Assembly (NCBI GenBank): GCA_965215895.1
Contig: OZ244130.1
Coordinates: forward strand, 2,336,157-2,400,156
Length of the DNA: 64,000 nt
Direction of reading: 5' to 3'
Source: Vicinamibacterales bacterium
Lineage (GTDB): Bacteria; Acidobacteriota; Vicinamibacteria; Vicinamibacterales; UBA8438
In this document: one piece after another, positions 30,134 to 38,709 of the stretch
Numbering within the stretch: position 1 is the first letter of the stretch
Layout: the number at the start of each line of letters is the position of its first letter
Made by a program: the position numbers and the translations under genes
The notes under the pieces: model-generated
Databases searched by the model: none
The model's input: only the letters and a program-made list of their open reading frames with translations
Told to the model about the DNA's origin: nothing

Positions 30134-31406
30134 ACTAGTGTCCCACATTTTCAGGACCACGCCAGCGACAATTGGGAGCCAGAGGGGGCCGGTAGCGACG
30201 GCGTCGTGAACAGGTCCTGGAGTGGCCGACGTTCAAACATGTTGAGCTGGAGCACCTGCAGCATCTGGTGAAGGCTCCAGCGCAACCGCATGACGAACTT
30301 CAGGTACGCCAACAGCAGGTACATGCACATCGCCACCCACAGCTGCGTCATGACGGCGTTCTTCGACCGGCCCACGAAGCGCTTCACTTTCAGATGCTGC
30401 TTGATCCACTTGAAAAACAGCTCGATCTGCCACCGCGATTTGTATATATCCGCAATCGTCTGGGCCACCCACGTTGTGTTGTTGGTCACGAACACATAAC
30501 GGTTCTTCGTCACCGGATCCTGGTAGGCCACTCGCCGCAGCGGCGCGGCATACGCCTTCCGGCTGCGAGCGCTGGTCAGCTCGATCGTCTGATCGCTGAG
30601 GACGCCGGTTCCGGGTCGGATGTCATGCTCGCGCGTGACCCGATATCGCACGCCCCGCTTCAGGCGCGTCACGAAGGTCACGCCCCGCGCCTGCAACTGA
30701 TGGAACCACTTGAAGTCAAGATACGCGCGGTCCGCCACGACCACGCTGCCGGCTGGAAACGTCCAGGTGCGGGCGGCCTTGACGTCGCCGGTCTTGCCCT
30801 CGGTCACACTGACGAAGCTCGGCAGATGGCCCGCCTGATCCAGCCCGATGTGCAGCTTGATCGCGGCCTTCGTGCGTCGAAAAGACGCCCACGGGAAGAC
30901 CGCCAGACACAAATCGATGGTCGTCGCATCGACCGCGTACAACTTGTTCTTGAACCGAAAGCCGTGCCTCGGCGCGCACTGCTGACAGCGGCTCAGCAGG
31001 CGTCCGAACAGCGTCTCGTAGAGAGTGTACGGCTGCTCGGCATTGACGCGCGCCAGCGACGAGCGACTGACCGTCGTCCCTACGCCCAAGTGATAGAGCT
31101 TGCGCCCTTGGGTGCTCAGGTTGCTCACGATGTCACGCAAGCTCTGTCGGCCCGTCAGTTGCGCCAAGCCAAGGGCCACGAACTGCGCCCAGCGGCTCAT
31201 GACGCGCAACCCCTGACCTCGCTGGTGTTGGCGGGCCTCGGCTTCGAATTCATGTCTCGGAAGGAACCTGAGAAGCTGCACGAAGACTGTGTTATGATGA
31301 GCCACGGCTTGGATCTCCTGTCTTTTGAATGATTTGCGCCACAGATCATTCTACCAGACATGGAAGGTTCAAGCCGCCTTCATTTGAAGGTCTGTGGGAC
31401 AGCAGT
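30134..31406 (-). mobile_element. IS4-family insertion sequence (1273 bp) with 11-bp target-site duplication
   Basis: Terminal inverted repeats are ACTAGTGTCCCACA (30134-) and ACTGCTGTCCCACA (reverse complement of -31406). The direct repeat GTTCCCGCACC lies at 30123-30133 and 31407-31417. Confidence 0.85.
30151..31305 (-). CDS. IS4-family DDE transposase
   Basis: 384 aa with a DUF4372-type N-terminus (MAHHNTVFVQLLRFLPRHEFEAEARQH...SRWAQFVALGLAQLTGRQSLRDIV) and a DDE region (VVADRAYLDFKWFHQL, YKSRWQIELFFKWIKQHL). Confidence 0.9.
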   Translation of the reverse strand: MAHHNTVFVQLLRFLPRHEFEAEARQHQRGQGLRVMSRWAQFVALGLAQLTGRQSLRDIVSNLSTQGRKLYHLGVGTTVSRSSLARVNAEQPYTLYETLFGRLLSRCQQCAPRHGFRFKNKLYAVDATTIDLCLAVFPWASFRRTKAAIKLHIGLDQAGHLPSFVSVTEGKTGDVKAARTWTFPAGSVVVADRAYLDFKWFHQLQARGVTFVTRLKRGVRYRVTREHDIRPGTGVLSDQTIELTSARSRKAYAAPLRRVAYQDPVTKNRYVFVTNNTTWVAQTIADIYKSRWQIELFFKWIKQHLKVKRFVGRSKNAVMTQLWVAMCMYLLLAYLKFVMRLRWSLHQMLQVLQLNMFERRPLQDLFTTPSLPAPSGSQLSLAWS

Positions 31407-32865
31407 GTTCCCGCACCCACCGGAACGGCTCTTCGTACAGCGCGGCGGCGTTCTCTGACATCGTCCACCCGAAGTCGACGATCCACTTCCCAGCTGGTCG
31501 CCGGGTCATGTCCATCCCGTTCACCCAAGGCTTCAACACGTCGGCGTTGGTTCGACTGTTCGGATTCGCCGGCAGGCGGAGCCACTCTCGCGCCTGGTCG
31601 CCCGCAACGTCGAACGGTCCGCCCTTCTCGTCGCCTCTGAAGGCGACGTCGACGTTCTCCTGGAGACGTTGGACCCCAGTGAGGTCGACACCGACGTCGC
31701 CGCGACGCGCCGTCAGGTCCGTGTGGATCTCGTCGGCGGGCTGGCCATCGAGTCGGACTTCAGACACCCAGGCGTCGTCGGCTCGTCCGAAGCAGATCAG
31801 TGAGACCCTGACGGCCGCGCCGTCGATCACCCAGGGCTCGTCGCTCCACGGCTCGAAGATCGGCTGGCCGTTGACCGCAGCCTGCAGAGCGCGCCGGTTC
31901 GCGCCGCCCCGAATCGAATTCGTGGTGACCAGCCCAGCTCGCAGGGCCTGGCCCAAAGCGAGCTGCCGCCCCGCCTTTTCAAACCAGTAGCAGACGAGAT
32001 CGGCTGCTCCCGATACGCGCCCGGCGTAGACGGAGCACATCCGTGACACGTAGTCCTCGCCGAGAGTGGCGATCAGACGGTTACCGCCAACAAACGGCGG
32101 GTTGCCGATCACGACGTCGGCCGCCGGCCACTCCGGCTCGAGGTCGTCCGGCGTCAGGATTGCGTCCCGGTACTCGATGGTGTCGAGGGGCTTCAGGATC
32201 GGGTCTCGCGCTTCCCCGAAGCCGTTGCGCCGCATCCACTGGATCTCGCCGATCCAGACCGACACGCGCGCGAGCTCCGCGGCGTAGGGGTTGATCTCGA
32301 TGCCCTTGACGTTGGCCGGGCCGATCTCCGGGAATGCCCGCTGGAAGCCCCCCAACGCCTCGGCCTCGAGCTGAACGCGATGCTCGAGGTCTTTGAATGC
32401 CTGCAGGGCCAGGTACAGGAAGTTGCCCGAGCCGCACGCCGGGTCGAGCACCGAGAACCCCCGTAGACGGTTGAGGAACGCCCGGTACCGCCGTTCGGCC
32501 TCGTTCAGCCGCTTCGTGCGGGCGGGGCGGGACCTGGCGGCTTCGGCTCGTTCCAGCTCGGCGGTGATCTCGGTCTTCTCGGCGTCCCATTCGGCGAGCA
32601 GCGGCCTGACGACCACGGGCTCAACGAGCAGCATGATCTTGTCCCGGTCGGTGTAGTGCGCGCCGAGCTGGGCGCGCTTGTTCGGATCGAGGCCCCGCTC
32701 GAACAGCGTGCCGAGGATCGACGGGTCGATGTCGGACCAGTCGAGGTCCGACGCCGCCAGCACCGTCTCGATGTCGGTCCTCTCCAACGGCAATGTGGTG
32801 GCGTCGGCGCTCGGGCTGAGGCTTGGCTCTCTTGAGCCTGGGATCTGGTTTTCTGGTGTTAACAA
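31407..32865 (-). pseudogene. MmeI-like DNA methyltransferase, 5' fragment (N6-adenine methylase core), itself N-terminally truncated
   Basis: ILGTLFERGLDPNKRAQLGAHYTDRDKIMLLVEP, motif I (VLDPACGSGNFLY), IEINPYAAELARVSVWIGEIQW, motif IV (VIGNPPFVGG). The usual N-terminal nuclease/helical region of about 200 aa is absent. Confidence 0.75.
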
Positions 32866-32879
32866 CTTGGCTAAACGGT

Positions 32880-33073
32880 TTTCTTGCTTCCATCTGCGAT
32901 GAACCTCGTGCGGGAAAACACGAACTTGTGTTCCCAGCGGCTCTCTTGTAGATGACCTCGACGGCGTCCGTTTCGAACCACTGTACGGTCAGCAGGGTGA
33001 CGCACTCGCCGGGTGCGACTCGCTCGATGGTTCGGCTTGGCTTGAGGTCTTCGAGCCGGGTTGCCGTCGTCAT
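32880..33073 (-). pseudogene. N-terminal stump of a helicase-like gene (tentative)
   Basis: MTTATRLEDLKPSRTIERVAPGECVTLLTVQWFETDAVEVIYKRAAG... then the frame is lost. The pattern resembles N-termini of large restriction/defence-associated helicases as I remember them. Confidence 0.25.
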
Positions 33074-33189
33074 GGGGCGGTATTGTCCCACGTCTGCCGT
33101 CCGATGGTGGGGTCGGTGCCCGGCTTGTTGGCGGGCTGGTCTCAGCGCCTCGGCTGTGCCGTTCGCTGTCTCGATCCTTTCTTGGCCGG

Positions 33190-33450
33190 TCAATCAGCAT
33201 TCCCGGTGCCAGGCGGGGCCGGTTCCTCGGTCCCGATCGTCATCGAGATTCCCAGAGCCTTGCATAGCTCGTCGGCGCGGTCGATGGTCGGCCTGTATCC
33301 TCTCCGCAGTGCGCGGAAGGCGTCTGCGGGCAGCCGGGCCTCTCTTGCGATCTCTTGGCCGTTGACGCCCCGTTTCGTTAGCTCGCTTTCGATGATCTTG
33401 ATCAGGCGGTCGGTCGCGGATCTGTGGAGCTTCCTGCTTTTTGCGGTCAA
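33190..33450 (-). CDS. XRE/Cro-type helix-turn-helix regulator
   Basis: 86 aa with GVNGQEIAREARLPADAFRALRRGYRPTIDRADELCKALGISM. Confidence 0.6.
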   Translation of the reverse strand: MTAKSRKLHRSATDRLIKIIESELTKRGVNGQEIAREARLPADAFRALRRGYRPTIDRADELCKALGISMTIGTEEPAPPGTGNAD

Positions 33451-33629
33451 TTCGGTTTCCTCCCCTCTGTTGCGTCCCTTGGTGCTCGGCAGCGTGAGGC
33501 TGCTGCTCTGTGCTGGTCTCCGCAGGGGTCCCGGCGGTTCTGTTTAGGCGGGCTCGTCCCCGGTCGAGTTCGCCCCTCTCTGTCTGTGCTTCTTCTGTAC
33601 CTACGTGTGCCACGCTTGCCGACTGAACC

Positions 33630-33658
33630 TTGCACCTTTCAGTGCTATGTGGTAGATT
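33630..33658 (+). promoter_or_regulatory. Sigma-70-like promoter for the 33711 gene
   Basis: TTGCAC (33630-33635), a 17-nt spacer, then TGG-TAGATT (extended -10, 33653-33658), about 50 nt upstream of ATG 33711. Confidence 0.4.
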
Positions 33659-33710
33659 CACCGGGTGCGAACGCCCGGTAACAGTTCCAGGCTTTTGGGA
33701 GGGTGCCGGA

Positions 33711-34511
33711 ATGGGGGATCTTGGAGCCGTAATCTCGTCGGTTCGCGATCGGCTTGCAGTCGTGGCGCGTCGCCGCGAGGAGCTTGAGCGACAGTGTGCG
33801 GATGTTGAGCGTGAGTACGCTCGTCTGGCTGCGGCGGTCTCCGTCTTCGAGGAGCACGCCGAGCAGCCTGTTCAGCCTTCGTTTTCGGACGCGGTTGCGG
33901 ACCCGCCGCCTCTCACTGCGCGCGTCTTCGATGCGTTGCTGGGTTCTTCGGTGAACAGCCGTTCTGATCTGCTCAGACTGTTCCGCCCGGTCGGCGTCAA
34001 TGAGAATTCCCTTGATTCGGCGATCCAGCGCCTGAAGCAGCGTGGCACCATCCAGCAGCGAGGGAAGTACCTTGTTCCCGGGATCCAGACGCCGCTCTCG
34101 GCTTCATCTCCTCCGTCTCCTGACGATCCCGGTGGGTCGGATGTTGATCGGCGTTCTTCCGATCCTCATCCTGTCGGTGTTGAGGCTGGTCCTGACCAAG
34201 GTCCTCTTCCGGGGTCTGTGTCGCTTTCCGAGGACGTGCGTGGCGCCGGAGCTCCGCCGCGACGCTTGTCTCCTCGCCGCATTCCACTTACGGTTCGCGT
34301 TCAGGAAGCGGTGGCTACTTCGGTCGCCTGTACCCGCGCCGCCCTGGTCAAGCATTTTGCTCTCCAGGGGATTAAAGAAGCTGCGGTTGATACAGCGTTG
34401 TCCGGTCTCAGGAAGCGCGGCAAGCTTGAGAGACGGGACGGCCGTGTGCTAGCTGTGCCTGGTTCCGACGTTCCGTCTGCTGCGGCGGGCGCGGCGCTTC
34501 AGGACTCGTGA
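33711..34511 (+). CDS. Hypothetical protein with N-terminal coiled coil and two related winged-helix-like segments
   Basis: ATG 33711 in ORF 33630..34511. There is an internal repeat: ...LDSAIQRLKQRGTIQQRGKYLVP versus ...VDTALSGLRKRGKLERRDGRVLAVP. Codon usage is rich in T-ending codons, unlike the backbone. Confidence 0.55.
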   Translation: MGDLGAVISSVRDRLAVVARRREELERQCADVEREYARLAAAVSVFEEHAEQPVQPSFSDAVADPPPLTARVFDALLGSSVNSRSDLLRLFRPVGVNENSLDSAIQRLKQRGTIQQRGKYLVPGIQTPLSASSPPSPDDPGGSDVDRRSSDPHPVGVEAGPDQGPLPGSVSLSEDVRGAGAPPRRLSPRRIPLTVRVQEAVATSVACTRAALVKHFALQGIKEAAVDTALSGLRKRGKLERRDGRVLAVPGSDVPSAAAGAALQDS

Positions 34512-34514
34512 GAG

Positions 34515-35177
34515 CTACCGGTGGTCGCTTTTGGTTTTCCGCGTCGACTCCGTGTTGTCCAAACCTCTGATCAGGGCGCCGACGGCCACGCCCTCGATCA
34601 CCAGGATGTGTTTCGCCAGGTCGATTTTCATGACCGCGTGCGTGGTGTTGTGGCTCTCGGGCCGCAACTCGACGTGTCGATCGTCGATCCGGGCGAACCG
34701 TTTCAGCGTTACGTCGTCGCCGAACCGGGCGACCACGATCTGACCGGTCTTGGCCTCGGGTGTTTTTTGGACGGCTACGATGTCTCCGTCTTGTACGACG
34801 CGTTCCATGCTGTCGCCGCGCACGGTCAGCAGGTAGTCCGGTCGCGGTCGGAACTGCTCGGCGATCGCCCTGGGCACCCGCTCGATGGTGTGGGCGTCGC
34901 ACACGATTGGCGTTCCCGCGGCGACTTCCGCCAGAGCGCTGATCAGTGGAATGTCGTCCTCGAGGATCAGGATGCCCCGGTTTTTCTTCGGCAGGATCTT
35001 GATCCTGCCGTGTCTGGCGAGGGCCTTCAGATGTCCGATGACAGACGAGGCGTCGGAGAGCCCGAGTCCGTGGGCGATCTCGGTTCGCGTCGGCGGGACG
35101 CCGCAGCGTCGGATGTGGTTCTTGATCCAGTCCAGAACCTCCTCTTGTCGATCCGTGGGGTGTTGCATGGGGCTCAC
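34515..35177 (-). CDS. LexA/CI-type S24 repressor (mobile-element copy)
   Basis: wHTH (RQEEVLDWIKNHIRRCGVPPTRTEIAHGLGLSDASSVIGHLKALARHGRI), Ala-Gly cleavage site (EVAAGTP), catalytic Ser (VRGDSM) and Lys (VTLKRF). Confidence 0.85.
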   Translation of the reverse strand: MSPMQHPTDRQEEVLDWIKNHIRRCGVPPTRTEIAHGLGLSDASSVIGHLKALARHGRIKILPKKNRGILILEDDIPLISALAEVAAGTPIVCDAHTIERVPRAIAEQFRPRPDYLLTVRGDSMERVVQDGDIVAVQKTPEAKTGQIVVARFGDDVTLKRFARIDDRHVELRPESHNTTHAVMKIDLAKHILVIEGVAVGALIRGLDNTESTRKTKSDHR

Positions 35178-35428
35178 TCCTCTCGTTGCTCGTCGCTCGA
35201 GCTGCGAGATTCACGCGAAACACCTGCGCCTGTCAGCGTTCCTGTGTGTGCTCTGGGTTGTTCCGATTACCGTCTATAAAAAGGCGAAGAAAAAGTGTAA
35301 CAGGCACCCATAGTTGAAGTATAGTCACCGGGTTGGCGACTGGGTTCCCGAGAGGTTCTAGGTTCGTTGCGGGTCTGACGGCGGTGGTTGACGTGCCTCG
35401 GGAGTGCGTCGCTTGGTCGTCGGAAGGG

Positions 35429-35463
35429 AGCACCGGGAGCGGCACAGTGCCGCTCCCGGTGCT
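35429..35463. repeat. Perfect 17-bp inverted repeat (palindrome)
   Basis: AGCACCGGGAGCGGCAC-A-GTGCCGCTCCCGGTGCT lies in the divergent region between the LexA-like gene and the integrase remnant. No T-tract follows. Confidence 0.8.
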
Positions 35464-35626
35464 GGTACAACCAGAGCTCGGCGGTTGTGGTGAACCGTAC
35501 CGAGCAGAGAGCGCTGCCGGGAGACCCAACTCACGCTATCCAGACGAGATTCTGCCGTTTTTGCCGGGTTCCGTCAAGGTTTCGTGAGCTTGGGCTCTCC
35601 CGCCGCGGTGCGTGGAGGGTCGGGCC

Positions 35627-36868
35627 ATGTCCCCTTGGAGTGAATCGACTGAAAATCAATCCCGTCAAGTTCGCCGCCGTCGGCGGTATCTCCTGACCGA
35701 CCGTCAGTGTCAGACGCTTGGGCCTGGTCGGTATTCTGATGGCGGCTGTCTGCTGCTCTACGTTCGTCCATCCGGCTCCCGGAGTTGGTTTGTCCGGACC
35801 TTCGTTCATGGAACGCGCAGCGATATTGGGCTAAGGTCCGTACCCGCTCATTTCGTTGGCGGCAGCGCGTGGCTTCGCGGACTCGATCCGACTGACTGCT
35901 CGCCAGGGCGGTGATCCTCGTAAATCTGCGTCGACTCCGGTCTCGTTGGCACCGACCGTTCGGGAGGCTGTTGACTTCGTCCTTGAGGACCAGGGCAAGA
36001 ACTGGACGGCTGCAGACGCGGAGGTTCGGTACCGCGCTAGTCTCGACGCATACGTTCTTCCAGTGCTTGATCCCAAGCGAGTGGACGAGCTCACAGTCGA
36101 CGATTGCTTCAACGTCGTTTCCCCTCACTGGTCGGGGCGCGGGTCTGTCGGTCATCGGGTGCGGCATCAACTGGTTCACATTCTGCGCTGGGCGATCCGC
36201 AATAATCACCGCAATGACAATCCTGCCCAGCAGGTTGTCGACCGGCTTCCGAGGGTGAGGTCCCGGCCGGAGAACCAGCCTAGCTTGCCGTACAGCCAGA
36301 TTCGGGCGGCGCTCGCGGCGCTTGAGGCTGCGTCCGTGCCGCATGTGTTCAAGTTGGCGATCCCCTTCCTCGTGCTCACAGCGGTTCGCCTTCGTGAGGC
36401 TACGGAGGCACGGTGGTCGGAGGTCGATCTTCAGGCCAAGCTCTGGACCATTCCCAAGCATCGTATGAAGAAAAGGAAAGAGCATCGCGTGCCATTGTCG
36501 CGCCAAGTCTTGAGCATTCTTGCGGATGCTCGTGACGCCTGATCCGTCGGGTTCTCTGGTGTTCGGGTACCGCGTCGGCCGACAACGACCTCGCGCTCTG
36601 CAATCGCCTGACGTATCGGCGGTCTTGCATGGTCTCAAGTTCACGGATTCTGCCGGTCGTCCCATCGTGGCGCATGGGTTCCGAAGCACGTTTGCGGAAT
36701 GGGTAGGCGACCACTACGACGAAAAAACCGCTGCAATCGAAGCTGCTTTGGCGCACCGGCCGGGGCACGTCCACAGCCAGATCGTACCGACGCAACGACC
36801 TGCTCAAAGCTAGGCGTCCGCTCATGCAGCACTGGGCGGACTACGTTTTCCCGGGGGATTGGTCCTGA
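35627..36868 (+). pseudogene. P4-type tyrosine integrase, at least three frameshifts
   Basis: DUF4102-like N-terminus (LTDRQCQTLGPGRYSDGGCLLLYVRPSGSRSWFVRTFVHG) is in frame 2. The core (VLTAVRLREATEARWSEVDL...HRVPLS) is in frame 3. VAHGFRSTFAEWV is in frame 1. The C-terminal ...YRRNDLLKARRPLMQHWADYVF is in frame 2 again. Confidence 0.8.
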
Positions 36869-36941
36869 TGTTCGTAGTTGTAGCTTGGTCCTACGTTTGG
36901 TCCTACCGATTGGTTCGGAAGTAGGTCCCACTATTTGTCCT
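36859..36941 (+). repeat. Iteron-like direct repeats TTGGTCCT(A/G)
   Basis: TTGGTCCTGATG at 36859, TTGGTCCTACG at 36885, TTGGTCCTACC at 36897, a weak TTGGTTCG at 36910, TAGGTCCCACT at 36922, and TTTGTCCTGATA at 36934. The last five are about 12-13 nt apart. Confidence 0.7.
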
Positions 36942-37509
36942 GATACTCGTGTTTCCCAAGGGGTTCCAGGTTTCACGTCCGATTTTTTAAGTCCTTTTGT
37001 TTCAGTGGTTTAAGCTCGCGGCCTTGGCCGCGCTTGCTCTAGCTGTGCCCGTTGCCGCTCGGAATGGAATCGGTGTTCGCCGCCGATGGCCCGGTCGTGG
37101 ACTGCGGCTACAGCGGCATTCCCTCAGTGGCGCAGGTCGCGATCGATCGCTCGGACGCCAAGATCACCATCAGGAGAATCCAAGTGTCCGCGTGCACGGT
37201 CCATGCCGAATGGCGCCTCGTTGAGCCGGTAGCTACAACCTGACTCCCCGGGGTGAGCAGCTACGCTCCTCCCATCGGATGACGGTGAAATCGAGATCCG
37301 CCGCCACTTGTACGTAAGTGGCATTGCTTACACCGCCCGCCAATTCTCCGATCGGGACTGACGGAGCGCGGCCCAAATAGATGGATACACTCTACTGAAG
37401 CCACCCTTGTACTACTTGCCAAAGATCAATATTACTCCTGCGCCGATAGGTGAGGTCTGGGCGCGCGTTGCTTGTCTGCATCCACCACAAGAAGGGGTCT
37501 GCATCGGGA

Positions 37510-38709
37510 TTAACTCTCTTGTGTTCTCGCCACAACCCTCAACACTTCTCGTTTGAACTCGGCCTTGAGCATAATTTTGGTTCTCTTCCTCTCTCTGTCT
37601 CTCGTTACCCATTGGTCAATATGAACCAGCCTGTCTTCCAATGCTGCCATGTCTGTTGCGATCACCAGAAAGGCTTGGAGTACCTTCACGAGCCTACGCT
37701 TAGCTTTGGTAAATCGTCGCTCAACGTTGGGCATTTGACGGAGCACTGTTATAAAACCTGAGACTCCGTCTCTCGCCGACTCTCCCCCCTGCGAGAGTTG
37801 GTGCACGTCGTCCAGTGCTGTTCTCCGTGCGGCCTTGTCCACATCCGGGTGAAAAAAGTACGTTCGCATGGCGTTGGAGGACGTGTCCCAAACGGCACGG
37901 AACCGTACGACTAAGCCGTCGATGATACCGCCCTTTTCGTCGAGGAACGCACCGAATCGCTGAAGAAGAGCCGTCAGCCCGCGTACGTCCTTCCGCTTCG
38001 CGAACACCTCGACCTGTGGGGTGAGAGAATTTGCCTTTTCTCCTAGAGCAACTATTTCAGTGCTAATGGCCTCGAGTATTTTCTTGCCATCCTCGGAACT
38101 ATCTGTTATCTGGACTGCCAGGTCAAGTGTGCCTGGTCCATCTTCATCGGAATTTCGCTCGGAGCCTTCCGTCGGCTCTGGTTCTCTTAATGGTTCCCGT
38201 CCCTCTGCTTCATCGTCGCTGTTTCCATCGTCATCTTCTTCACCGCGGTCATCGGATCTCCTGCTATCGGTACGACCATTCGGCTCGGGTTGCGGCCAAA
38301 AGTCAGAAACGGGACTGCCGAAGGCTATTGTTCCATCGGTATCGGTTGCTATCTCTACAAGACGTCTCTTGGCGTAGTCAAAGTTGCTACCCCTGGGCTC
38401 GTATCCGATTATGTTGTAAGATCGCAAGTTGAACGGGGCATTTGCCAAGTCTTGCGACAGCAAGACGACATCCTTGCCCTTTGCATGAGCGATCCCCAAC
38501 TCGTAGAAGACGTTGGCATTCAGGCCGGAGAGATCAGCGACAATGAGGTCAGCATCATGTATACCAACGACAATGCTCTTTATGATGTTCTGTTGACTGG
38601 TAATATCATCTGCACGCACAATGTCGTACCCGGCATCTTCAAACGGGGGCCTGATCATGTCATCGTATACCCAATCGAATGCCTTCTCGAAAGGCATCAC
38701 AACGAACAC
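37510..38709 (-). CDS. AT-rich orphan protein: nucleoside 2-deoxyribosyltransferase/TIR-like N-domain + acidic linker + unknown helical C-domain
   Basis: 399-aa ORF (GTG 38709; the likely real start is the MPF four codons in). N-terminus: MPFEKAFDWVYDDMIRPPFEDAGYDIVRADDI...GIHDADLIVADLSGLNANVFYELGIAHAKGKDVVLL. Linker: DDRGEEDDDGNSDDEAEGREPLREPEPTEGSERNSDEDG. Confidence 0.65.
   Translation of the reverse strand: MFVVMPFEKAFDWVYDDMIRPPFEDAGYDIVRADDITSQQNIIKSIVVGIHDADLIVADLSGLNANVFYELGIAHAKGKDVVLLSQDLANAPFNLRSYNIIGYEPRGSNFDYAKRRLVEIATDTDGTIAFGSPVSDFWPQPEPNGRTDSRRSDDRGEEDDDGNSDDEAEGREPLREPEPTEGSERNSDEDGPGTLDLAVQITDSSEDGKKILEAISTEIVALGEKANSLTPQVEVFAKRKDVRGLTALLQRFGAFLDEKGGIIDGLVVRFRAVWDTSSNAMRTYFFHPDVDKAARRTALDDVHQLSQGGESARDGVSGFITVLRQMPNVERRFTKAKRRLVKVLQAFLVIATDMAALEDRLVHIDQWVTRDRERKRTKIMLKAEFKREVLRVVARTQES

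Noticed and set aside
36997-37243. Small plus-strand ORFs (75 and 63 aa) and a minus-strand HTH-like fragment (about 37270-37390) between the iterons and the NDT/TIR-like gene.
   Set aside because: They have no start context and no recognisable motif, and the candidates overlap each other on both strands. Third-position bias is only moderate. They may be gene debris, which is not enough to call a feature.
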